Origin: Piromyces finnis finn
Lineage: Eukaryota; Fungi; Neocallimastigomycota
Reading direction: 5' to 3'
Assembly: GCA_002104945.1 (NCBI GenBank)
Contig: MCFH01000010.1
Location: forward strand, 1,116,001-1,180,000
Length of the DNA: 64,000 bases
Shown piece after piece: positions 52,432-64,000 of this stretch. Below the pieces are notes generated by a model. The model searched no databases. It was not told where the DNA came from and saw only the letters and a program-made list of their open reading frames with translations. How positions within the stretch are numbered: the first letter of the stretch is position 1; the number at the start of each line of letters is the position of its first letter. The position numbers were made by a program, and so were the translations under genes.

Positions 52432-55386
52432 TTTTTTTTTACTATAAAGAAAACAAGATAAAAAATAATACATAAATAAAATTTCAATTAAATTATTATT
52501 AAAGAATATAAATAATAAAAATAATTACAATAATAAATATAATAAAAATAAAACAAATAAATAATAACGAATAAATACTATAGGGAATTTTAATAAAACC
52601 TATGGTATTCATATAGAAATCATTTTTTTTAATTATTAATTATCGTTAGTAGTAAAAAAATAAAATAAATAAGTAAATAAAAAAAAATAAAATAATAGAA
52701 TAAATAAAATTAAAGATAATTCATTTATTTAAAAAAGAAAAAAAAAAAAATTTATATAAATATACTTCTTTTTATATATATATATATAGTATTGTGTAAA
52801 TTTGTATTACGGAAGAAAAAAAAAATTAAACATAATATTTACATTTTTATAAATTTTAAAACATTTATAATCATTTCTATTTCATTATTATTTTCTTGTT
52901 TATATATATATATAAATTTTAAATTTAAAATATTCATATCTTACTAAATTATATAAGAAAAAAAAAAAAAACAATTAAATAGTCTTTATATATATGAACA
53001 AAATATTATTTTCCATTAATAACAGTATATATAATTGGATAATAATATTTACATGACTATGTATTTAATAAAGTGAATTGCTTATTTAATATTTACATAT
53101 ATATATTTTCTGATGTTATTTCTTTTTATTTAAAGAACTAAATGAATACAAAATCTAAGAATATTAATAACTTTATTATAATTTATATTTTAATTAGAAT
53201 TTTATATTTTAATTATGTATAGATTTATTAATAATTGATAAATTTTAAAACTATTATTTTCGATTATCCATGTTTTAATAATTTCTATTATATATATAGA
53301 CCACCTAATTTCGTCAATTATTTGAATTAAGATACTATAATATAAAAAAAGGTAAAAAAAAATAAAAAATAAAAAACAATTTTTAAAATTATTGTAAAAA
53401 AATTTTTTTGTGTGACATATTTTGTATTTTAAAGTTTTAATCATAAAATATTACCACTTTTTAATATGCAATTTGTAATATGTACCTTTTTATTTACCTA
53501 GTATCTAGTATATAAAATAATTATATAATTTTTATAAATTTATTCATTTGATCTATACTCTTTATCATCTAACACTATGAGATTATATATATATATAATG
53601 AAATATATAATGCTTGTTTTTTTATAATTCTAATTATCTTAACTATTTTTAATTTCCCTACAATACTTTCATTTTCATGCTATGTTTTATTCATTAATAT
53701 ATTATGCAAAGAAGCTCTTTAATTAATAAATATTGATTTATGTTCAATTCATAGATGAAATAAAAGAATAAAATGAATATAATAGTTTTTATGTTAAAAG
53801 TTCATTATTATGTAATAAAGAATATTTACAATTTAATCTCTTATTTTATTAAAACTTTATATATTATTGTGCACATTTGTATCAATCGCTTTTCAATAAT
53901 AATATAAATTTTATTAATTATATAAATGAATAATGAATGAAAAAAAATATATTTTTTACTATTGAATCTTGGATTTTGATTTATTCATTGGTTATAGAAA
54001 TTAATATATTAAATAATATTATAATTAGAAAAGAATTTAATTATATACAAAAATAGAAATTATTAATTATTTAATATTTTAAATAAATTGAAGGTGTATA
54101 TTTTATTATTAAATTTTTATATTAATAAAATATTTTGTATATGTTAATTATTATATTTATCTTAATATTTTTTATTATTAAATAATGTATAATACATTTT
54201 TATTATACTGTTAAAGTATTATTACATATTTTTTAACTGTAATTATCAAAAAGTTGAATAATACAAAATTTTCTTTATATAGAGGTTTTTTTTTTTTTCT
54301 TATTTAGTTGAGTCAATCTTAAGAATTTTAATTAAATATTTAATTAAAAAAAAAAAGGTAATACAATTTTGGTTTGAAAAAAATACTATATACATTAATT
54401 AAATTGAAATTTAATGAATAAATAACTAATAAATAGATAAATAATTAAAATATATATAATATTAATTAGTCAATATATAAAAATAAATCAATAAGTATAA
54501 TAAATTAAAATTTTTACATTCTCTAAATATAGTAATATTAATATATAACGAAAAAAAAAATTAAAAAATAAAAATTAAAACAACATGAAACGAAAATAAA
54601 AAAACTAATTTGTGTTTAATATATTATCCTAACCTTATCACCTAAAATTTAGAATGAGTTATTATGTTAAAGGTCAGCTATCGAGATTACTTAGTTTTTC
54701 TCGAGTTTTTCTCGAGTTTTTTTTTTTTTTTTTTAAAAAAAAATCAGGATACTTCCAAGAAAAAAATTACACATTGAATAATCAATGATATCTTAAAAAA
54801 AGTGTAAAATTTATTGTTTATAAAACAAAATTAAAGTTTAACTTTTTCTTAATAGTATAAAAATTAGTATTTTAACAAAATAAAATATATTAAATATCTT
54901 AGTATAGACATTCAGTTATACATATAAAAATTTTTATATAGATAGTATAGCTTAATCAAAATTATTTAGTATCCTACATTTTTCAATGATAAAAGTAGTA
55001 TAATAATAATAATTCTTTTTTAAAAAATTGAAAGTTAGAATATTTAGTTATGCTTTTTAATTTTAATATTGTATATACTTTTTTTTTCTATAATTCTAAT
55101 CTTTTATAATGAAGTATAAATTAGAATATTTAGTTTAAAGTTAATAGAGTTTTTTAATTAAACTATTTAATTAATTTTTACTTTCCATAAATAAAATAAA
55201 AAAAAAAAGGTATTACAAGCATTTAATTAAATTAATCTTTTTTTTTTATAATTTAAAATCTTAATGTCCTACCTAATAACTTAATATAAAAATTAAAGTA
55301 GATTAATTCGAAATAAAAAATATTTTTTTTTTACTATACTATTAAATCTTAAAGTAATTAATGTATAAAAATTTAATTTATTAATT

Positions 55387-55424
<38 letters not shown>

Positions 55425-58218
55425 CTAAACCCCGAAAACACTATAATAATTTTATTCGATAGTTTATAATTATGAAATTTTTTATTCAATATACTTTGTT
55501 ATATTTAAATTAAATAGTATGATTAAAATAAGACTAATTATTAATTTATATTTTTTCATGATTTAATAAATAAAGTTCTATTAGTTGTTTCGAGCTACTT
55601 GTAAATATTGTAGTAGATTGTGGTATTGATTTAGGGTTAGTATATATTTTAAAAAAAGATTATGAGAAGTTATAATTGTTATATTTTGTTATTATATTTA
55701 TCTGTTTATTTATATATTATTTTAATTAAAAATAAAATATCAATATCAATATAATAATGGAAAATATTAACATATATAAATAAAGATTAAATAATCTATG
55801 ATATACTTTTTTTTTCTTTTTATTAAATTCATAAACTTTATAAACTTTAATTAATTTAAGTAATAATATTAAAAAGTTTCTGTCAATATTTAATAAATGC
55901 AATACTCTTTTAGTAAGAAATATATTAAATATATTATTATTATTTTAAAGTTAAACAACTAAACTATTTTCTCCTATTTTTTTTTTTTTAATTTTTATTA
56001 CTATTAAAAAATGTATGTTCTAATTTTAAATTGAATAAACTTTTATAGATATCATAAATATAAATGATAAATGTATATATTTTTATATAATTTAACTATA
56101 GTAATTATCCAAATTAGTCTTCTTTTATTTATCAAAATACATTAAATATATACAAATGTTATTAACATACCACTAAAAAAAGGAAATTATTTTTATTAAT
56201 TAAAATTTTATATATCAATATATCAATATTTAGAAAAATGTTAAATGAACATTTCTTTTTATAACTTTTCTATTTATTAAAATAATGAAAATTAGTTAAT
56301 ATTAAAATTAAATCATATATAACTAATATTTTAATTTGTTTTATCCATAGATAATAAATGTAATAGATTATTAATATATAAATTGAAATGCTTTATAATT
56401 TTGATAAATAATATTCGTTAAAATTTAATAATGAAGAAAGGATCTTATTAAATATGCTTCTATAGCAGTGATTATTTAATTTTCTAGATATGACTATTAT
56501 ATTGAGCAATTATATGTCATGTATTTTAAATTTTTATAAAAGAAAAATATTTTAATAATTTTTTTTATTAATTGTTAATTCAGTTTTTATATATTAAAGT
56601 ATTTCTTCTAATCCATAGTTACTTGTATATCTTATATATTGAAAATATATATATTGATCTTTTATACTTTTAGAAGATATAATCGAAAGCTTATTTTTAA
56701 TCATGATAATTTTTTTTTTTAAAAATTAAATTTGAAAAATTATATTTATTTAAATAGTGAAAGATATAAAAATAGATTATTAATATTATTTTTATTTATG
56801 TAGTACAACTTGAAAAATATAAATATTAAAAAAAATATATATTTTATTGTTAAAATAAGAAAGGAGTTATTATTGAAACATATTACATATGGCACGTTCT
56901 TTTTTTTTTTTTTTTTTTTTTTAAAATTAACTATTAATAAATTTATGGAAATAAAGAAATAATTATATTTTTTATTGAATTTTTATTAGATTATTGTAAA
57001 AGTAACATTTATAAAACAACTTAATAATATATATAATGATTGAAATAATGATACTAAATTTATATTTTTCTTTCAAAGTATATTAATTTATTTTAAATAA
57101 TATTAATATTACTATTTTTGACATTTATTAATCTTAAACGATTAATTATTTAATAAATATATGATTTATTAAATAAAGTATTAATTATTTATTTAACAAA
57201 AAATAATGAAAAGATACCTGACGAATGTATCATTTAATATTTTATCGATTTAAGCATAATAAATTTTAATATTATTATAACTATTCTATTATATAATGAT
57301 ATAATGTATGCCAAATAATGTCAACAAAATATATAGATATATATAATATTATTATCTATATAGTTAGCAATCAAATAGCCTTGATATTTTCACTACTTTT
57401 TAATTTGTAGTATCTGAAAGGAAAGAAATGAAGAAAGTTTAAGTCATCATAAAAATAATAATTAATTAAAATAATATATAGTTTTGTATACTTTATTTTT
57501 TTTTGGTACTATTATTTTATTATATGGTATATGATTAATTTCATATATTATAATACATTATTTTTTACGACTCTTAAAATAATTTATTTTAATTAATTTT
57601 TATTAGTATGTTGAATACCATTGATAATATATAGAAACATATTGAATTTTTTAATTAAAATTTAAATTTAAATATTATAGTATTATTTTTAATATATTAT
57701 TATATAGATAATACATTTTTTGTGAATATATAAAGTTTATTTAATATATTATCCATTTGATTTTATTATTTTTTATATTATAGCTTATTTTTTTAATACT
57801 TCCCTTTTTTATTTTCATATTAATTTATGCTAATTCTTTAAATTTTATATATAATAAAATCAATTGTAATATACGAAAGTTTGGAAGATTTTAATCAAAC
57901 CATAATAGTAAATAATATAAAATTTCGAGTCTTTTTTAATATGAACTTTTTATTTTTTAAAGTGCTAAAGCAACAAAAATAGTATATATAATAATAATTA
58001 ATTCTTAATATATATAAACAATATCTTTATTCATATATTGACTTATTTTATAATATAGAAATTTAAAATTGAAATTAATATGAATGAAAATATTTAATTA
58101 GAAAATCTTATTAAAAATTAGATATATTTAATTACCAAAGGTTATTAACAATATTAATTACAAAAATGTTAATTAATTATTATTATTATTTTCATTATAT
58201 AGTTTAAAACAATAATTA

Positions 58219-58301
<83 letters not shown>
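58219..58301. repeat. (TAA)n microsatellite, intergenic
   Basis: Directly visible. Confidence 0.95.
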
Positions 58302-58304
<3 letters not shown>

Positions 58305-59357
58305 TCTACAAATACTATTTTAATAGTATGTATAAAAAATTAAAAAAAAAAAAAATGTAAATTCACTTGGATATATTAAAATTAATTATAATAATAATCT
58401 ATTAAGCAGAAAACTTTATTAATTAATAAATTAGTTAAAATTATCTTTTAAAAATCAATGACTATAAAATAGAGAAATTTTCACTTTTTTTTCTTTTCTT
58501 TTTTTTTTTTTTTAATTACTTATCAAGTTAAGCATTTTAAAGCTATTTAAAATATATTTTCATTTGAAATAATTAAAAATAAGATTTATTAGTTAATATT
58601 ATTTTATTAAAAGTAGTTATATATAAGTTGTCATAAGCAAGTTATATATTATCATAAAATAAAAGTTTAATTACCTATAAATATAATTTTTGCTAAAGTA
58701 AATTTCACTTCTTTTTTTTTTTTTTTAAAAGAGAGAGACTAATAGTCGATATTAAGTAAAAAATTTTATTCATTAACAAATATTTAATATTAACTACGAA
58801 TAATTGATATAAAAGATTAAAATATTATTATTAATAATTGCAATGAAAAGGAAATATATATAAAATATAGTAATTTAAAATATATAATATTGATAAAAAT
58901 AATATCTGTATAATTAATATTTATTAAATAGTAAAATAAGTAATATTTATAAACAAATAAAATATAAAAATTTTATAATTTTGTTATGATATAAATTTAC
59001 TTCTTTTAAACATTTACATAATAATAATCACTCTATTAATTTCAATAATAAGAATTTTTTTTTTACTTTTATTAAAGTTAAATATAGCATTTTAATTGTA
59101 AATAATTAAAACATTTCATAATAATAATAACAAAAATAATAAAAGAAATAGATATTTCTAAATAAAAGAGTAAATATTATTTCTTTATATATATGTATAT
59201 AATTGATATTTATTAAAATAAAAAAAATATTTCAAGAACGTAAAGCTTTTTAAAGCAACATTTTTAAAAGTAAGGAAAAAATTAATATACCAATAAACTA
59301 ATACCAAAACAAATATTTAAATAAATAATGAATTCTTTATATAGAACTGTACCAAAT

Positions 59358-61859
59358 ATGTCTTATCAAAATAATTATTCTAATGTAAGTTATTATATCG
59401 AAAAAATTTAATATAATCAATAATAATGAAATTGAAATTAAATATGTTTTTTTTTTATATTATTCATTAAATAGGACTATTCTGAATACGAATGTTCAGC
59501 TATTGGACTTTATATTATAAATATTTCACCAATTTTACTTACAAAAGATTTAATTAAAGTTCTTTCAAAGTATGGTCCAATTACAAATGCTGCTATTATT
59601 GGTGGATTAAATGTTAATCATATTTATGCCTATGTTGAATTTGCTGATTGTGGATATGCTAAGAATTGTTATGATAATTTAATTAATAATGAACAAGATA
59701 TGGCAATCATTGGTGTGGGTAGTGAAAAGAGATACAGTACCAAATTAAAGTTAAAGTGGAAAAGAACTGAAGATGATCATGAAATATCTTCTATTGTAGC
59801 AAGAAGACCAAATAAAAGTAGATATAATTATAATTCTTATGTTCCAAATAATTCAGCCAATAATACAATGATAAATGAAAAGAGTGAAAATGAAGCTGAT
59901 CAAACTATTGACATAAAAACTACTAATGAACCAAATCCAATTGATGCTATGAATCAAAATGAAAACAGTGAAGGTCAAAATGAACCAGAAACTGAAAATG
60001 TTGAAGAAATTAAAGATAGTAAATTAAACAGAGAATTATTGAAAACTGAAAGCGAACATGCTGAATCTACTGAACCAATAATTGAACAAAATACTACCAT
60101 TGAAGATAATAATGAAGAATCTACAGAAATGGACGAAACCAATTATAATAAGAGTTATCGTAGTAATTCTTACTCCAAGCGTAATAATTATAAGAATAAT
60201 GGAAGAAAAATGTCCTATGCTTCCAGTACTTCTTCTACATACTACCAAAGCGGTACTGTAAAAACTCCAAAAATTAGATCTACTTTAAATGGCGCTGCTG
60301 CTGAATTTGAACCACAATCTTTCCAATACAAGACTCAAAATCCATATTCTCAACGTAATAGAAATAGAGATGGTGATTATTCTACTAATAAATTAACTAG
60401 TACTAATCAATGGTCTACTTCTAATGATATTATAGGAGATAATAGTCAATCAAATATATTAGATGACAAATTTGAAAGTTTAATGAAGGATGATAACAGT
60501 GTTTCTGGAAAGTATTGGGGCGATATTGTTGAAGATGATAATCAAATAAAGTCACCAGTCAGAAACAGTGGATATCAATATAACAATAACATTAGAAATG
60601 CTTATATGAATACCCCAACAAACATTCCAAACTATGCTGTTACTCCAAATTATTACAATAATACTATGAATACCTATAATCCATCTATTCAAACTACTAT
60701 GATGGGAACTACCAATCTTATGTCCTACCGTCATGGTAGTATAAATTCCAACTATTCAAGAGGTAGAGAAAATTCCTTCTCCTCCACCTCTTCTCCATCT
60801 GTTCATGCTGCTCCATTTATTCCACAGCAACAACGTAATTACTCTTCAAATATGAGCTACAATACCAATGATATGTCAAACATGCCATCAACCATGAATA
60901 CTAATTGTATAGGAAATGAAAGTAAGGCTAATAACACTTCTTTCCCTGAATACCAATGGACAAAAATTAATGTTTCTAGACTTCCATGTAACATTACTAC
61001 TGAACATATTCAAAAATTATTCTCTCAATTTGGTACTATTAAGAGTTTATCTATGAAGGATGCCAAGGTTGGTAATGTTGTCTTTTTAGAATACGAAAAT
61101 GCTGAAGATGCTGAAGCTGCTGTTCGTGAATTAGATGATGTTCATCCAGAACAAAAATACCCAGAATATGGAATTCCACAAACAACAGATACCATTTGTG
61201 TTGATTTTGCTTATCATAAATCCGCTCCATCTAGAAATGTTCGTGCTCAAGTTACTCCAGTTAGAATTCAAGGTCTTTCTTTGGATACTAAGCGTGGTGA
61301 AATTAAGGTTGCTTGTGTTAAGTTTGGTGATATTGCTAGAACAAGATTATTAAAGAGTGAAAATGCTCATGGTGCTAAATGCAGTGCTATGGTTGAATAT
61401 GTTTATCCAGAATCTGCCAATACAGCCTTAGCTGAATTAGCAGGCCATCTTAATACCTTAGGTTATCAAAACATTAAGGTCGAAGAATGGAATTATTCAA
61501 AGATTGGAAATACTAAGCCATCTCAATACCATGGATTCAACAATCATGCTAATACAAATAATGATAATATGGGAAGTGGTTATACAACTTTAAATAATTC
61601 TCCAGTTCATTTAGATAGTTCCATGCCTTCTTCTCCATCTTCAACATCCACTTTGAATGAAAACAAAGAGGAAAAAGATGAAAAGAATAGTTATTCTAAG
61701 ACCAAAACTCAAAAATCTTATAAATCAAAAATAAATAATGATAAGATAAGTAAAAAGTCATCCTACAAAATGGTTAACGAAAACAACAACAGTAGTAACA
61801 ACAATTCATTAGATACAGTTGTTAATAATTCAATAAATGCTGTTGCTGTATCTGAATAA
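59358..61859 (+). CDS. RNA-binding protein with about 3 RRMs and two PAM2 motifs, 2 exons (59358-59384, 59475-61859)
   Basis: RRM-like LYIINISP..YGPI..YAYVEFAD, INVSRLP..LFSQFGTI..VFLEYENAEDAEAAVREL and VRIQGL..KFGDI..AMVEY. PAM2 STLNGAAAEFEP and SPSVHAAPFIP. A phase-0 GTAAGT intron extends the ORF-track frame upstream. Confidence 0.8.
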
Positions 61860-62769
61860 ACACTTGATGAGTGAGCGGAAGAAAAAAAAATTTATTTAAA
61901 ACTTTTTATTGAAGGGATTATTTAATCAAAACTACTAATATTAGCTACAAAAATTATCATTACTTTTTTTTTTTTCTTATATCATTTAGTATATAATACC
62001 TAGTTAACATAACAGGAGATTATTGTTTAAACAAAATATACAATATAAATCAATTTATTTAACGATGAGAAAAAAAAAATATAATCATTATTAGTGTATT
62101 TTTCTTATCATTTTAATTATTTAAGTATTTAAAATCATTATTTACTATTCTCATTTTTCATTTTATCATTTTTAGTAAATATGTTTATATATTATCTATA
62201 ATTAATAATTCATATATATATTATAAAAGCATCTAGTTATAATATGTTATATCCATTGTATAATTAGATTACTTTAAAATTTATTCAAATAGTTATGTAA
62301 TTTTATATATATTATATATATTTAGTTATCAAAATTTTCAATTATTTTTTATTAATTAATTTTTTGTAAAAAAAAAAAAAAAAAAAAAGAATTAACAAAT
62401 AACAAAAAAATAATAATAAAGAAATAAAATGAAAATAAAATAAATAATAAAAATTTATTTAAATAATTGAAGAAAATAAGTTTTTTAAATAAATATTTTT
62501 TTTATATAAAAAGTATGTATAAACAATAATAAATGCATATATTTTAACAAATATTTTTTTTTTTATTTTGAAAAATTTATATAAATTTTGAAGATAGAAC
62601 TTTATTTTTATCTCTCTTTTTTTTTTATAATAAATTGATAAAAATATTGAATTATCAGTTTATGGTTCTTCTAAATAAAATTATTCTTATTAAAATTATT
62701 TAGTAGTGTTTCATATTCAATATAGATTAAAGATGACAACCAGGAATATTAATATTATTGGAATAATAA

Positions 62770-64000
62770 GATGGATTAATAAGTAATGATTCTAATAATG
62801 CTACAGATAATAATTCTTCCGGTAATACTACTTCAGATAATGATGCTCATGGTTTAAATTTTATTCTTAAATTATTCAACCGTATTTGGGATGGAGACTT
62901 CCCCAACTCATGGAATGAATCCAGTATTGTTTCTATTCCTAAGAAGGGAGATTTGACAGATTGTGATAACTATCGAGGTATATCACTTATCAATAATGGC
63001 ATTAAGTTGATTTCCAAAATTGTCACCACTAGAATCTCAGAAAATGGTCTAAAGAATAATTTCATTAGACCTGAACAATTTGGTTTTCGAAAAAAGGAAG
63101 AAAGTATCAGTCTTTTCATTTCAATCCAAGAAATATGCCGTAGACGTCAATTAGATAATAAAGAGACATATTTGGCCTTTTTAGATCTCAGGAAAGCATA
63201 CGATTCAGTCCCAATCGGTAATATTCTCCATAAATTAGATTGTTTAGGAATCCGAGGTAAGAGTTTACAATTTATCAAAAATTTATATTTAACATCTAAG
63301 GCTAATGTCAAATTAGATGGACAATTCTCGAAATCTTTTGATGTGAAGAAAGGAGTCCGTCAAGGATGCCCTCTTTCTCCTATTCTCTTTAATCTCTTTA
63401 TTAATGATATATTTAGAGAGTGCGAAGATCTAGGAGTCAGTTTAGGTGACACTCGATGCTGTGGTGGACTTTTTGCAGATGATATAGTTATTTGTGCTCC
63501 AACAAGAGGATGCTTAAAAAAGATGCTTAGAAGAGTTAATGAATGGGCATTGTATAATGAAATGGAATTTGGTATCCAGAAATGTTCAACGATGGTGATT
63601 CGTCCTGAATCAATAGAAAATCAGAACAAGAGAGATCCAACATTCTACTTAGCAGGACAACCCATTCCAACTACTGATTGCTATACTTATCTTGGTGTTC
63701 CATTTGATAAGAATCTGTCCCTTAAACCAGTAATTAAAGCTCTTAATAACAAGGTTTTGAAAGGGCTTTTCTCAGTCAGTAAATTCTTAAGAAATCCTAA
63801 TATTCCTATTCCTTTCAAAAAACTAGTACTTAACTCACAAGTGATTAGCAGAGTTTCATACTTTGCACCATTACTTGGATCCAACAAAGCTAGGTCTAGG
63901 ATTGCTCAGAAGCATGTTAACAAAGGAATACGATGGATTGCCGGAGTTCATAAAGCTGTATCGTTTATATCTTTATACTCTATTTCAAAAGATTTGAATA
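62770..64000 (+). mobile_element. Young LINE family A copy with intact RT domain, 5'-truncated, runs off the window
   Basis: Open frame from about 62770: IPKKGDLTDCDNYRGISL, EQFGFR, FLDLRKAYDSV, KGVRQGCPLSPILFNLFI, LFADDIV, YTYLGVPF. No endonuclease domain upstream. Not in the ORF track, probably because it has no stop in the window. Confidence 0.93.

Overview
Eukaryotic, extremely AT-rich, intron-dense window. Gene content and composition best fit an anaerobic gut fungus (Neocallimastigomycota); this is an inference and was not tested. Eight conserved spliced genes are recognisable: ABCE1/RLI1, XRCC3, TAF12, RPL9, kinesin-5, CDT2/DTL, PEX14 and a PAM2-RRM protein. There is also one orphan ORF. 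Mobile elements are a complete, very young Ty1/copia element (10259-16172, 5-bp TSD, LTRs differing by one base), a stack of about seven co-oriented LINE fragments that get younger from left to right (17.6-25.4 kb), and a young copy of the same LINE family running off the right edge. Most interesting: (1) the copia primer-binding site is complementary to the anticodon half of tRNA-Lys(CUU); (2) the polarised LINE stack downstream of RPL9; (3) an unexplained ~490-bp island at ~41% GC (35874-36362) with hairpins and perfect splice signals; (4) an intact PEX14 in a probable anaerobe. Exon limits were read by eye and are approximate. No tRNA, rRNA or CRISPR features were found.
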